The notes beneath the pieces are model-generated. The model ran no database searches, was not told where the DNA came from, and saw only the letters and a program-made list of their open reading frames with translations. The translations under genes were made by a program, and so were the position numbers. Of a stretch of DNA of 248,000 nucleotides, positions 94,265 through 109,028 are shown piece by piece; position 1 is the first letter of the stretch, and each line of letters begins with the position of its first letter. This stretch comes from Wallemia ichthyophaga EXF-994. Its lineage: Eukaryota; Fungi; Basidiomycota. The stretch lies in the NCBI RefSeq assembly GCF_000400465.1, contig NW_008806281.1:20001-268000 (forward strand), written 5' to 3'.

Positions 94265-96479
94265 TTACATGGATTCTAACTTCTTTATCATTGCTTCCAT
94301 ATCATTCTTAAGCTGCTTCAAATGCGCTACTTCTTTATCAAGATCTGCATCATTGATTGAGCCTGACTTGACGTCACGGATCCGATCACCCTGAGCTAAG
94401 ATACTATCATTCAATACCTTTGCTTCTGGTGTATCTGGCACTTTCACTACCTCCTTGGCTGCTTTCGCTGCTTTTGCTTGCTTGGCCAGCTGCTTTTTCG
94501 ACAATTCTGGTTTTGGCTCCTCGCTTTGCATACCACCAAACTTCTTTCTCCAGACGTCTTCCATCTTCTCATCTATACGAGTGAATAGAATGCTTGGTGT
94601 TCCAATTCTGTGTCCTGGGTAAAGATCTATGGCGAATGTTTCTGGTAGAGTGCGTGGTGGTGCGTTCAATTGATTTATGATTGATTCTGAGGTTGATGGC
94701 ATGAATGGGTGCACAGCTGCGCTAAGTATGTAGATGAGATTAATAGCTACCAGTATTGTTCTCTGAGCTCTACGTGGGTGCTCAGCTTATCGCTTTGTTA
94801 GTTTTTAGGGTCTTTCTCACTCTAATCGACTCACCCAAAAGCGCATTGTCGAGCTTGTTCTCTTGTATCCACTCATTACCACGTCTGGACAGTGCAAGGA
94901 CATCCTCCAAGCCAGATCGCAGATGTGCGCGCTCCATAGAGTCAATGTATCTTTTCAGAATCTCATTGATATCCTTAACGAAGCTATTTTTACGTGCCAT
95001 GAATTCGGAATCATCTGAAAAGATGAGATTAGTGTCTTGAGCTTCACCAGGCACAAGACTGTCGAATTTGGCAGCGGTGAACTTGAGAACCTAGACTTCA
95101 CGTTAGCTTTGAGAAGTAAGACAAAATATAACTCACTCTATTGACAAAGTTTCCGAAATTCTTGAGTAAGTTGTTGTTGTTCGCACTGACAAAGTCACTC
95201 CATGTGAACTCAGTGTCACCAGATTCGGGACGACGACTGAGTAAGAAGTATCTCCATACGGATGGTGACAAGCCTGTTTCCTTAGCACTGTTACCAAATA
95301 CACCAACACCCTTTGATTTACTGAACTTTCCACCTTCATATTGGAGATAGTCTGTCGATGAAATGTACTTGAGTCTAGTCCAGTCACGTCCATCTGCTAA
95401 CAACAAGGAAGGGAAGAAACACAAATGGAAATATACGTTATCCTTGCCCATAAATTGGTATAAGTTGACGTTCTTTGGATTTAACCACCATTTCTGCCAC
95501 TGATCGGTGTAATTTGCAGTGATGGAGATATAACCAATTGGAGCATCCATCCAGACATACATGACCTTTCCAGCCATTTCAGCGTCTTCCTCAGCATCTC
95601 CTACGGCTGGTACAGGGACGCCCCACTTAAGATCACGAGTGATTGCAGAAGGTTGAAGACCAGCTTTCATTCTAGCCTCGACAATCTCTCTATCTGAGTT
95701 GATGATAATGTTTGCAGGCCAGTTGTATTGCTTTGCAGTGTCTTTCAACCAACCTTCTAATGATGGCTGCAATTTACCCAAATCCAGGTACATATGAGCA
95801 GTTGGACGAGTTACGAGCTGTGAATTTGGATTCATTTTAGACCTTGGGGATTGTAATTCGAGTGGACTATCAAAAGTACGCGAACACTTGTCACATTGAT
95901 CACCACGAGCGTCGTCTGCTTGACAGTATGGACAAGTACCTTCAACGAATCTATCAGCCAAGAATTTGTCTTCTTCGACGGAATAGATTTGTTCCCTGGT
96001 AGACTTGACAAGGAGATTGTTGCTTCTAATGTTCTTGTAGAAGTCTTGAACAATCTCCGTTTGCTTATCTGTGGAAGTGCGCCCAAATTTATCAAACTCA
96101 ATTTCAAACCAATCGTAGACCTGCTTGTGGATGGCTGTGAACTTGTCACACAATTCCTTCGGAGTGATGCCATCTTCGATAGCCTTCGTCTCTGTTGCCG
96201 TACCGTACTCGTCAGTACCACAAACGTAGAGAGTGTTGCGATTTCTAACTCTGTTAAATCTAGCAAATACGTCTGCGCTGAGTGTACTGCCAATCACATT
96301 TCCCAAGTGCGGTACATTGTTGCAGTCTGAGGTGCTTGTGAGCTGTTGATGGGTATGCCAGCAACCAACCCACAAGGCAGTGCAGATGTGATGAGCACAT
96401 TTTCCCTGTCATCCTCTGGAAGTATAACTTTGTCCTTTTCGACTAATTTCCTCTCCACTTGCTCGTTATACGTCGTCAT
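94265..96479 (-). CDS. MES1: Methionyl-tRNA synthetase, cytosolic
   Basis: TSALP..HLGN; GTDEYG; KFSKS. Confidence 0.95.
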
Positions 96480-96640
96480 AGTTTGAAATGAAGAAAGAAG
96501 ACAGGCTATTTACCGACAAATCTCGTCAAGCTACCAATGTATATCTTTTAAAAGCCACCGCTATTAATCAACACTATTAACATCTGCTGTAAATCTAAAT
96601 TCCCATCTCATCTCTGCACCACCACCACTGAATTCCAGGA

Positions 96641-99600
96641 TATGGGTGTAAAGGGTCTCTGGCAGCTGCTTCAGCCAGTCGCTAGGCCTGTAAAGTGTGT
96701 AGATCTTGCCATCATCTCCATCTCCCGCTAATTAGATCACCAGACTTGAAATGCTGGGCGGCAAGAGAGTCGCGATAGATTCTTCCATCTGGCTCTACCA
96801 CTTTCTTCGAGCTATCAAGGATAAGCAAGGCCACACCCTCACCAATGCCCACATTCTCGGTTTCCTGAGGCGTATACTCAAAATCCTGTTTTATGGCCTC
96901 AAGCCTGTATTTGTATTCGACGGTGGCGCGCCTAAGCTCAAGAAATCTACCATTGTCAGTTTCGCCTACAAGAACAGCGTGACACCTTATTGACTTACTC
97001 CCAGTCTGAGCGCAAGAACAGACGAGAGGGTGCACGCCAGAGCCACGCATTGATAGCGTCTAAGCTTCTTTCCGCACAGCTGCGCAAGGCAGCTATACAG
97101 CAACAACAGAAGGCGTGAGTCGCGCTTACATTTTAAATGACATCATTACAAACATCACTAACATCACTAATCAGTGAAAAGCGTCCTTCTAAAAGTGGTA
97201 TAGACAACGACGACGCAGATGGAGATGGGAATATAGCTTATCTCGATGATCTCAATAACACAGCTTCACCAGCAAAAAAAGAGCAGAAAGCAGCAACGCA
97301 GAAAAAAAGGCGTCTAGATCCCTACGAATTACCAGCAGCACCTCAGCGTCCCAAGTCCAGCATACCCGATCCGCGTCTAGCTACTGAAGATGAGCTGCGT
97401 GATTTCATATCGACAATGAAACCATCAGATTTCGACACCACTTCCGATGCATTCAAACAGCTTCCTCCGGAAGTGCAGTACGAGCTGATTGGTGATATGA
97501 GATTGAAGTCGAGAAGCACATCTTTCTCTCGCTTAGAGAATATGTTACGAAAATCGTCGACAGCTATCGATTTCTCTAGAGCTCAGATTAATAATTTGAT
97601 GCAAAGGAACGATCTCACTCAAAAACTCATCAACCACTCCGAAGGTATGGGTAAAGAAGAAGACGCGCCGGTTGCTTTACGCGTTTCTACTTCGCGGAAT
97701 AGAGAGTATGTCCTCATGCGTAAGTCTGACAATGAAGGTGGTGGATGGGTGCTCGGTATACAAGACAAGCGAGGTGAAAAAGGTCAGAAACCGATTGAGA
97801 TATCGAGTGATCATGAGAATGAATATGAAAATGATGAAATGCACGTTTCAGAAGACACAGATGAGGATGATTTTGACATGGAGGAGGTGAACATACCTCC
97901 AGCTGTGGTAACAGATATTCCAGTGGTGGAAGATAGACCATCTTCAACGCCACAGCCACCGCAACTTGGATTCGAAGAGAATGAAGCGCAGTCTACCGGT
98001 CTCGATGCTGCTTTAGATGAGAGTATGGTAACCAAAGCCAAAGAAGATAGCTTGAGACTGCTGAAGGAATCTACACGCAGACATCAAGAAAAGGAAAATG
98101 CTACTGAGAGTCTTGACAAGCAGCTGGATTCCATCAAGCATGTGAGGGGTACTGGGAGTGTGGAAGCGTCTAAAAAAGTGGATCATACACCGCCCGATGT
98201 TAGACAAACCATTGTAAAGCCTCCAGTCAAAGCCACATCTGAACGGAAGATGATACCAAAGTATGTACCAGCTAAACCACGAGGAGAGAAGAAGCGGAAT
98301 GTCACGCTGCAAGACTTTCATGCTAAGCAGCCGCAGCAGCTTCCTCAGGAGACACCCCCACCTGACAAAGATATTCCGTTGTTCCCTGACGAAAGTGAGG
98401 AGGAAGAGGCACAGGAACAGGAGCAGAAGGAAAAGGAATCTATGAGCAGCGATGCTGATATGGAGGCGGTTTACTCGAAAGAGAAAGACGAAGTCAAGGA
98501 AAAAACTGAAAATGTTCGTGAGCAGAAGCAGGAGCCGTCAGGGATGATACCAGAGAAACCAAGTAGTCCAATTACAGTGAAGGAGGAAAAGGTCGAGCCA
98601 CTACCTCAGCCTTACGATGTGACGGAGAAGGAAGAGTCAATTGAAGCTTCAGGCGCAGTACCAGCGCAGCCTGATACTGGAGGTGTAGGATTAGACTCAG
98701 ATTCCGAAAGCGCTTATAGCGGCTGGGAGCCAACACCTTCACCCGAAGCATCCACTTCTGCTGAGCAGGCAGTTGAGCATGAAATAGAGCAAGCAGTTGC
98801 ATATGCCGCTGAACAAACCACGGAGCAGCCAAAAATGCAACCCGATGGTGCGCGAGAAATGTCACCACCAATCGACATTGACGCCTCCGATAATGAAATG
98901 GAAGCGCAAGAAGCGATAGAGAATGAAGAAAAGGACTATATAGCATTCAGTAGCAAAGCGAATAACAAAAATTATGATGAGATGCTTGATGAAGCAGACA
99001 AGGATATTCGACGTTTACAGCAGAGTGCGAAGAAAATGTCGGGTGGTAGTGACGACCCTACAGTTCAGATGACTGGCGAAATACAGAAAATGCTCAAAGC
99101 TTTCGGTATTCCTTATATAACAGCTCCAATGGAAGCTGAGGCGCAATGTGCGAAACTCGCCCAACTAAATCTAGTAGATGCAGTTATAACAGATGACAGT
99201 GATATCTTTCTGTTCGGTGCGCCCATCGTATACAAGAATATGTTCAACGATAAGCAGTTTGTGGAGTGCTACGTGTTGGGCGATCTGGAGAAAGACCTGT
99301 CTTTGTCTCGCGATAGACTTATTGAACTGGCATATATCCTTGGATCAGATTATACAAATGGCTTCAGTGGTGTGGGACCAGTCATGGCCATGGAACTATT
99401 GGGTGATTTTGCTCACGAGTCCCCCAACACGCTCACTGGATTCAAGAATTGGTGGACAAAGGTTCAGAATGGCAAGGATACTCAACAGGATACGAGTACG
99501 AAATTTAGAAAGACATTTAAAAAGAAGAATAAGAATTTGCTTCTCGATAAGGAGTTCCCGGATTCTGGTGTCAGAGCTGCTTACTACGGTGCACAGGCTG

Positions 99601-100144
99601 ATGAAAGCAATGAAGAGTTTGTGTGGGGTATACCGGATCTCGATTCTTTGAGAGATTATCTTTACAATTATCTGGGATGGCCTGCTCATAAGACTGACGA
99701 TACTATCATACCTGTCATCAAGCACATGAACAATAGGGTGAGTGGGAGTTTGATTAAATACTGTTTACTAACAAATCTCAGAAACCAGCGCCTCAAACAT
99801 CTCTCGATAGGTTCTTTGATGATAGCGCGGGTAGTGGTGTGTTAGGTCCACGCCCAATGGCTGCGTACTCCAGCAACCGCCTGAAGGAGGTAGTGAGAGC
99901 GTTTAGGGGTGGTAGAGTAGAAGACGACAACGAGGAGGTGGACGAAGATACAGGCAGCAGCAGAAGTAATGGTAAAGGTAGAGGTAGAGGTAGAGGCAAT
100001 GGCAAGAAAGTGACCGCCAGACCACGCAAATCAGCCAAAAATCAGAAGGAGGCTACTAAATCCACAAAGAAAAGGAAGAAGGTGAGCAGCGAAGAAGACG
100101 ACGCTAGCGATAATGCTAGTGCATGGGATAGCGAGGACAATTAG
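96641..100144 (+). CDS. RAD2: XPG endonuclease
   Basis: MGVKGLW; AIDSSIW; APMEAEAQCA; LGSDY. Confidence 0.93.
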
Positions 100145-100148
100145 TAAA

Positions 100149-101157
100149 CTAAACTATGAAATGTATTATGAACTGTTGTAACAGTACGCTATTGCGAAGT
100201 ATAGAAGTGGTAATCGTCAATGAGAGGTATGTAGTCGCCGACGATGCCTGCTGCAATACCGACCAGTGGCCAATTCTGCAGCCTGCTAACGACTGATTCG
100301 ACGCGCGGTTTAGTGAAGTCGTGCCAAATAGGACCCCGAAGCAAGTATCTATGGGATTGTTAGTGGGGTGTATATATTCATAGCATAACCCACCTAATAA
100401 ATGATTGCTCCCGTCTATTCTGTTCATTAGCCTCAATGCTTGACTTGTTGACGTCAAACGAGTATGGCGACACACCGCTCCTGCTCTTATGACCATACTT
100501 GCGCAGCTGTCTGCTCATTACCGACATGGAAAGCGATAGAAGTAGCGGTGTCCATTCGGATTTGGTTCTCCAAGGTTTAGTGCGCGTCTGTGTCCTAGCG
100601 AACTGGCGTCTGAGTGCCAAAACATACACTAGAGGTTCGGCAATAAGCATGAGTTCCGAGAAAACCTGCGCGCCACTACTCAGCGGCCTCACTAATGCAG
100701 ATGGCGGAGTGAGTGAGTCAGTATCGAGCGCAGTGGCATGCAAGTAGTTATCGACACTTCCATACTTGGTCTTGAGATCGACTACACTCCTCGCTCCTCG
100801 CACACCCCTATTGGCCTCATCGCACTCTGGATCGAGGCTTACATCCTGGTCACGAGAGGGCGTGCATGGCGTTACTAGCGGTCTTAGTTGCGTTTTCAAC
100901 AGAATGACTAACTTCAGTGTAAACTTTAACGCTTCAATTGCCGTTATGTAATTCCATCGATGGCGCGCATATCGACCTTGCTCATCGCGCTTTTCTCGCC
101001 GGTGCATCACTATCTCGCCCAGGAGCTGCAGAGAGGTCGTCAAGGAAAGCAGCTTGGCTGATAGGGCGTGCAGGCGTCCCCAGTTGGAGGATGTGTATCT
101101 GCTGTGTGCGTTGAGAGAGTGCTTCGCAGAGTGCGCATCTTGTGATTGTGTGAGCAT
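100149..101157 (-). CDS. PEX16: Peroxin 16
   Basis: LLGEIVM..RWNYITAIEALK; WTPLLLSLSM. Confidence 0.7.
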
Positions 101158-101431
101158 GTTGAGTGAGCTGAAGACTGTGTAGCGTATTCGTTAGTATTTT
101201 GCTGTGTATACACTATCATCCCTCACTCATCTCGGCTACTAACTCTGAATCGTCGAAGCGGCCAGGAAGTAGCCATGCCAGCGTACGCAGAGTCGGCTCT
101301 ATAGATTTAGAAAGAGCGATTACTTTGTCTTTCCTGTTAACGTTCCTCACGCTACCGATGTCGTTTGACATTTTCGTGATGATTGCTAATGACACAAAGA
101401 AATGCGGTAATTATCTTTACACTACTCATAA

Positions 101432-103327
101432 CTAGTTTACAAGTATCAGGCCGTCAATGCGCTCCCCTGTCTCCGTGCGTTTCCAAGACTCAATTGTCTC
101501 TCCCCACTCACTCACATCATACACTCTGAATCTACGGTCGTGGCCCTTCTTCCCGTAGCCCGAGTATGAGCTTCCACCCCCGAAACAGATCCATGTTCCT
101601 TGAATCAGCCTACATTCGTCAGTCAGGTGGCAGTGTCCATGTGCAATCACTCTTATTTCGTTGGTGGTGGTGTCGCTACCGCGGCGGAGCTCGTTAGCGA
101701 CGTTGAAGAAGCCACCATTTATGCCACTCGCACCGTCACCATCTTCAATGCCTTTACTACCCCATCCTTCTATAGGGGTCCCGTTGGCGTCGAGATCGGC
101801 GGGACTGTCGTAGTATTCACGCAAGGGGATGTGCGCAAATACCAATGCGTTAGCTTTTTGTGGTGTTTGTGATATTCTCTTGTGCGTGTCATCGAAGACT
101901 TCGCCTTGCTTTGGTATGAATGGTCGATTCTCTAGTTTGATGTTGTCCGATTCTTCGACGAACCAATCGATCTGATTCTGCGACTGGTGTGAGAAACGAA
102001 AGTAAAACATTTAAGTTCATCGTACCTGTCTGATGTAGTCATACTGCCCCATCATGTTCTTGAATGGGTTGTAACGAGGTGGAGGCAACAGCCCGTGCGT
102101 ATCGAACAAGTACATGGTAAGGAGGTGAGAATTGGTGCCATCAGGGGAGTACACTTTAAGCACATGATTCCCAACGCCGTGGATATCAGAAGGACCAGGC
102201 TGGGCGAGCGAGAAGGGTAATGCCTGAATAATTCTCATCTGCTCCGACCGAGGTAAATCAGTCATCTCAGAATCATGATTACCGAAAATTGCGGTAAATG
102301 GTATCTTTCTCTTAATCACCTCGCTGTAGACCTTGGAAATAACGCTGACAGCATCGAATGACGTACCCTGTCCATTCAACTGATCGCCTGTGAAGACAAC
102401 GAAATCAGGTTTGACGTCGTCGAGAGTCTCTGCCATAAGTTGTATAGAGTCTGGATCACCTTGGCATGGTGACTTGTCAGTGTCTCTGCATGTACCATTG
102501 CCCACGCTGAAATGTAGGTCAGCAATTTGTAGTATGCGGAATTGTCCGTTATCTCTAAATTTCAATTGTTCAGGCTGCTTGGGGTGTTTATAGCCTTTGC
102601 GGATAGTGAAAGTCATGCGTTCATTCTTGGATGACGCGTCTTGGATGTTTGCACCTTGTACGCGCTTGAAGTCTGGCCATGGCGGACCATCACCGAACAA
102701 GATATCAACCTCAGTGACTGCGTCTGATGGCCGTGGATTGGAGGATGGAGGATGAGTGTGGTAGTAGAGGCGGGTGTTTGGTGATGGATTCGATTTAACT
102801 TTGAACCAATTTTCATCCAATTTTTCTGAGCTGTCAGAAGAGAGCAGTTTGATGTCATCAATGTAGCTGACGTCTAGTCTACGAGACCTTCTGTAGTACA
102901 AGTAATTATTCTTATGGCCGCGTCCATTTTGTACATTTAAGCTCATGCCGACTCTAACCCAAGGGCCATACTTGCTGTTATCCTCAGAAGTTGAAGGAGG
103001 ATAACAGCCACCAAAGTAATACTCCAAAGAAGGTGGGAGTGAGCAGCTTCTTATGGTGATATCATTGATGGGTGTGGAATGTGGAAGTATTGGATTCCAT
103101 ATGTCAAGTGGAGCTTCGAGTACGTTGTAATTTGAATCATAGAGGCTGTTGTCGTCGCTGCTGTTGCTGCCGTGATCGACCAATTTCACGTAGTCGTAGT
103201 TCTGCCATTGGAGTGGAAGCAACTGCTTGTGCTTTGGTGTGTAATTCGTACTGAGGAGCGAGTATCGCGATAATAGAATTATCGTTATGAAGCTTGAAAT
103301 TATAAAGCTTAGAAGAAATTGCCTCAT
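101432..103327 (-). CDS. DCR2-like calcineurin-like phosphoesterase
   Basis: ADLH, TGDQ, GNHD, AHIP, GHCH. Confidence 0.9.
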
Positions 103328-103363
103328 CTTCGTTGTAGGCCTGTAAGCCGATAAGCGTGTAGA

Positions 103364-103851
103364 CTAAGTGACATATAAATGCTTACAATTGAAATAATTT
103401 AAAATGTATTCTAATTCATGTGAATCGACGTTTGTTTGGTAGTATAAGTACTTGAACAGCTCCCGCTCCATTTTGTTCACCTCGTGTAAGTCAAACCTAG
103501 TAACCACAACCCAACTCTGATTGCTGTATGTTTTATCACTGTGTGATTTGCAGCTCAGTATCATTGAGGCTATAAACAATCTACTAGAGCAGCTCCCTTG
103601 TACGTCTGGCTGTATGCTCTGTCAGCCACACAAGCGCACTGAGTCAAACACACCAATCTCAATTTCAATCTATACAGCAGCACTAGACTTGTCAAAACTA
103701 TGTACTCCTCCACCTGCGTTCTCTCCAACACTCGTCTTATAAACTCTAGCATTGTAGTGCTTCTCTCCGTCTTAAACATCTCCGATATTACCCTCTCAGC
103801 AACGATTGAAAACTCTTTGTAGAATTTGTAATTATTTGCAGCGATGCTCAT
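103364..103851 (-). CDS. Small PHO85-type cyclin-like protein
   Basis: FIASMILSCK..D..YSNQSW; EVNKMERE. Confidence 0.65.
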
Positions 103852-103859
103852 TGTTATCT

Positions 103860-105660
103860 AAGATCATTCATATTTGCTTACAAATTACCTATCATATTGA
103901 TTATTGATTGCTCATTTGTGACATTCGGCGAAATTTCTCACTTTGTACCTATCCGTTTTTAGAAAGTGCCTTATTAACCAGCTCATTAACATCCATCACT
104001 CTATCAAATTGGTCTTCATTAGGATGTCTCTCTCGTCTCAATCGCCGCACTTCCTCCGCTGAGACAGTGTTGATAAAAAATTTGCACCTCTTCACGCCCT
104101 CGAATTCCGAGAACTCCTCATCTTCATCGAATGCATAGCCACACTTCGGGAAATCGAGTCCATAGAAGCACTTATGTATCGTATCTCTGAAATACTCCAT
104201 CTCACTCCAGAACTCCGGTATACTGTTACTTTTGGATCCCATCTTGGCTTTGAGGTGGTGATCTATATTGGAGATGAGCCAGTGCATACTAAGGCGCAGT
104301 GCTGGCAGCGATCTCCTCATCGAAGTAGTCAGCAGGTGTGACAACCTGACGTCATCACCTTCGCTCCCGGTCCCACTATCAACCTCTTCCAAACTCACGC
104401 GCACGCTGCGCATGAGATGGGTGATGAGACGTACGAGGTATTTGTGTGCGGTACTCTTCCGCACCTCCGTCGACATGTTCGCACCGGCTATATCAATTTG
104501 TCTATAGGTGCGCAAAGAATGGTATAAGCAAATGTTGACAGCGACGATTCTAGTGATTGTCTCAGAATTGAGAGTGTGTGTATCCAGCAGCTTCCTAAAG
104601 AGACGCGTGGAATTGTTGACTAGTTTGGTGACACTTTGTATGCTGGGTTGGTGTTAGAACTTCAACTGCAATCCCCTTCTTGCACTCACTCATTGCGATT
104701 CAAGTAGAGCATGGCGTGGATCTTTATCAGCTGTTTAACTAATACATTATAGTCACCTCCGTCAGTATTTTCCTCCACACTCTCGTCCAGTACCTTGTTT
104801 AGAATGGAGGTGATGTTATTGCGTGCGAGATTCTGAGGCTGTTTTGGTGCTTTCGTGGTAGTGATGCAACGGTAGTAGTGGTAGAGTGCACCTAAATTGT
104901 CATCGTTATAGCTGCACACCACAGCCAAGCTATTGAAATGGAGTGCTTCATGAGGATTTACTGATTTTGCGAGATTGTAGCAAGCAACGACCTGAGTATA
105001 GATACGTCTCTTTCCATTGTCCTTTACGTGCTGCCCAGCTTTAGGACGACCTTTCTCCTCATTGTACAGCTCTTTATATCTCAGCAGATCACCAATGTAG
105101 ATGAGACAGCGGTAAATAATCCACGCCCGCAAATTTCTGTCGAAGGAGCCCTCGTCAGCTACGGTGTTGGAGTAGTCTAAGGAGACATCTGCGCGTGTCA
105201 CTTCCTCATCGCTATCGACATCCATCTGCACATCCTGCTTATGATCGCCATCCTGCGAGTCAATCGCATTAATAGTGTACTTGTATTCATCGAGGCTGTA
105301 CAGTGAGATAGTTCGGCTGATGATATCGACGTAGAAACGTTTTTCTTTGGTAAGAAAGGAGTGAAAGTGCTGCAAGACGCGTCTTCTCTCGTAAGAAACT
105401 TTAGATTGTTTCTCAGAGCCATCTAAATTGCGTATGCGACGTCTATACTCTGTAATGAGATTATGTGAGGTGTTGTTCCACAGCGCACTAAGCGTGGATT
105501 GTACAGCGTCATCTGGGCCCATTAGCAGTGCATTGAGATGCGTACGCTTGTACGACTGCGTTAGGAATGTCAAGTCTGTATCCCAAGGACTTTTGCTCGC
105601 TGCTTTTTCCGTGATGCTCATCTTACCATCACCGTCGTGAGTAGAAATGGTGAGCGATCC
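103860..105660 (-). CDS. EST1/SMG6-7-like TPR protein
   Basis: CLIYIGDLLRYKE; FNSLAVV; ALYHYYR. Confidence 0.75.
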
Positions 105661-105699
105661 AACGAACGATAAAAATATTTGGCTGTGTGCGTGTACATA

Positions 105700-106244
105700 T
105701 GGTGCAAATATCAATTTTAACTACTTCACCAGCCGCCAGCGAAGGTGATATGGAAAGAGTAGCGTATCTGGTTGAGAAATGCGGATTGGATGTAAATACA
105801 CTGGACGAAAACAGTTACAGCACTCTACACGCAGCTACATCTTACTCTCACTCCCATCTTCTCCGCTATCTCATTGAGAAAGGCGGTAATGTAAATATCG
105901 TCGACGATGATCACGAAACGCCGCTCTTTGTCGCCGAGGATGAAGATGTGGCAAGGCTGCTGGTGGAACACGGGGCTGACGCCTCACATCGCAACGCGGA
106001 AGGTCTCACACCACTCGAGAAACTCATTCAGGATGATGAGCACGAGGAAGTGCAGGAATATCTCAAATCTGTCGGTCCAGCGCCTGTATCAATGCCAAAC
106101 ACCAACGATAACACAGCACTCGAAGATACGGAAACTGGCAGAGAGATAGCCGAGATAATGGAACAGGCACAACGAGACGGCACAGATCCCGATGAGAGGC
106201 TGAGGGAGCTGGTGACGCGCAATCTGATGGGACAGCAGCAGTAG
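105700..106244 (+). CDS. Small ankyrin-repeat protein
   Basis: NIWLAASEGD; TLHAATSY; ETPLF. Confidence 0.8.
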
Positions 106245-106326
106245 TAGCTGCTGCAGTGATATCCCGCCTTCTTGTAAAAGCGTATTAGACGGAACATTGA
106301 TACGGTAGTAAGAAAACACTATTAAC

Positions 106327-106660
106327 TTATTGTCTCTCTGGTAACTTTGGTGGCACGCTGTGGACTTGCTGGCTTTGGGTGGAGTTAGGCTGCTCCACGC
106401 TGCCTTCCTGTGATCCACCAGTGTTGCCTTTGCTGTTGAGCTTATCCATACCATCCTTCATCTCTTCTAAGCCCTGCTTCGATGTGCCCGGGTTATCTGA
106501 CTTGCTTTCAACGCTGCCAGCTTGACGGCCTGCTACTTGGTCACCGGCCCTGTCGACGCTCTCATTGAATGTGCCACGAATTGCCTCTCCTGCGCCTGTG
106601 TCGTGTGTTAGGCGTGTGTACACTGAAAACCTCAATCACGCACCGTGGAATCCCTTCCAT
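106327..106660 (-). CDS. Small hydrophilic protein
   Basis: G/S/Q-rich; IHGAGEAIRG-type N-terminus. Confidence 0.45.
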
Positions 106661-107026
106661 GCACCTTGAATCTTGTCTTGAACTTTGTCCATTATTTGTT
106701 GTAATTACGTTAGAAGCAATTGCCCGCTCCACAGCCGCTGAAAATTGTTAAATGTGAAAACAAATTAAAGCAAATGATGATGTCATGTTGGTTTGTAGAC
106801 TATTCTTTAAAATCAGGCTATTTATCCACCTATTACTTCCAGTCGCAGATGACGTATTGCTAGCTATCTGTTTCTTTGACAGGAATGTGTAAAAAGAGTA
106901 TCCAATTGTAATTTTCAAGCTGTTATTGTACTTCGGGCCCTGCTAAGATTTTAATTCTGTGACCTCAAAATCGGGTGAGTTGAATTGCTTTTCAATTGGT
107001 CATCACTCAACTCAAATTAGATTCCT

Positions 107027-107490
107027 ATGGCTTCCAACTTAAAAAATTATGCTTTCTTTGTTATCGGTTTCTTAGGTTTATATTGCGCTGTGTTTATCTA
107101 CATTAGTCTTGAATGACGGAAATTCGACGGCCTCTATAATAGGTCTGCAAAAATCCACCCGAAGAGCATGGATCACTGCGTTGATATCACGTTTGAAGAA
107201 TAAATTAAACCTGATAATGACAGATTATCTGAATATGCTTGTTCAGCGGACTTGAGCTTCTATGTTCCAGATTATATGGATTGTGAAGGCCTCGTAACAC
107301 TGAAAACTGTTCACCTAGCTAAGAAGAGAAGTCTCGAACAACTACATCAGCTCAATATGCGAACTGGCACTGTAACCTATCACCATCCACTTGGATGGAA
107401 AACGCATACCTCTTTCAAATTTGGGTAAAAAAGTTATCCCAGAAACGACGTAACGAACGTCAGAATTGTATAAAAGGCTTTTTTGTAGCT
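107027..107490 (+). pseudogene. Possible decayed membrane-anchored small protein
   Basis: ATG plus hydrophobic N-terminus; frame interrupted by TGA, TAA, TAA. Confidence 0.3.
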
Positions 107491-107524
107491 CACTACCCAT
107501 AAATTTTGAAATGTCTATGATAAA

Positions 107525-108876
107525 TTACATGTCCTCTAGTGACCATTTTGCTCGTGGCATGAGTGTGGCAGGATTTGCTAGTTCCCCTTTAGCAAGTTTG
107601 TAGTGGGCTGCCCATGCGATCATGGCGGCGTTGTCTGCGTAAATATGGTAAGAGTGGTTTGCGAGGGGCAAGTTGAGATCAGACCCACCAGTACATAACG
107701 CTGGCGCCGGAAAGTAGATATTCAAGCCATGTCTTCCAGTAACATCTGACAATCTTACCCTTGTTAGCGTGAGCGCATAATCAAATCAAGACACACCTCT
107801 CGCGCAGGTATCCATTACTAGCTACACCCCCACTAACCACCAGACTAGATGGTTCGACGGTAGATTTGCTCAGTGCCAATGTCACCTATTCCCGAGTTCA
107901 GACTGACTGCTGAATTTGACATGCCGTCCACCCACCTTATCAGCCAACTGCGCCACTGCTGCACTCTGGAATGCGCGCGCTAGAGCTACTCTCGTCACAT
108001 CACCGCCGTCACTCTCATCCACCAGCCTCGAGAACGCGCTCCTGAGGCCCGAGTAGCTGAACAGGAGCTGAGAGGGGGCTGGTACGCGCAGCTTCTGTCT
108101 ATACTCTTTGACACGACAATCCACCTCATCTTTATGGCCAAACAAGTGCTCAGTGTGCCTCGCAAACCCCTCCAATGCGGCTCCCGGCGCCTTGCCTGAC
108201 CATGGTATATTGAGGAGCTTAGCGGCGTGATCGAAAGCGTTGCTTGGAGCGTGTGAGTAGACTACGAGATACCAACCATTCTAAACCTACCCTATCGAAT
108301 CGTCGTTTGTCGTCGCCAGCACTCGCATTTTGGTGACTTCTTCCGCGTCGACTATCATCGTGTGTCCTCCACTGCAAAGCAGCGTGTAAAATGGGAATTG
108401 CGGGGGATTCTCTTCTGTCAGACAGCAAGTAAGGGCGTGCGCTTGCTACAATGCTATAGCATGAGATAGAGCTCTATCTGCGAATAACACCCACCCACCA
108501 TGTGATGTACGCCTACTAGCGGTATTCCACTAACCCCGACTAGCGACTTGGCTGCGACCATCGCGATTTGCAAACACCCTTTCATGCCGGGTCCTTCGGT
108601 AGTAGCTATCGCGTCCAAATCCCCAAATGCAACTCCAGCACGACGGATCGCTTCTGAAATTGCAGGCGATATGTTTTTCATGTGTCCTTGCGTTGCGTAC
108701 AGCGGGTGTATCCCTCCGTATTGCTCATGTATTTGATCCTGTTTCATCACCACATTTGATAATATCTCCCGATGGTTGCTCACTATCGCTGCACATGTGT
108801 CGTCTGCTGAGCTCTCCAATGCTAGTATCAGCCGCCGCCGTACGTCTTTGTATACTGGGAATATCGATCTTCGCAT
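107525..108876 (-). CDS. QRI7: Mitochondrial t6A transferase (Kae1/TsaD family)
   Basis: LALESSADDT; GPG; GVHHM; PGAALE; DNAAMIAW. Confidence 0.9.
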
Positions 108877-109028
108877 GCGATCGTCAAAGTGTAAGGAGAT
108901 GGCGAAGGCGGCGGTGAGAATTTATAATTTGGATGCGTTTAATACAACAAGTATGAATGATTGGATTATGTTCTGCAATTTACTTTTGCGAAAGACTTCC
109001 AAGAGGAGAATAAATGACGATTTATTAA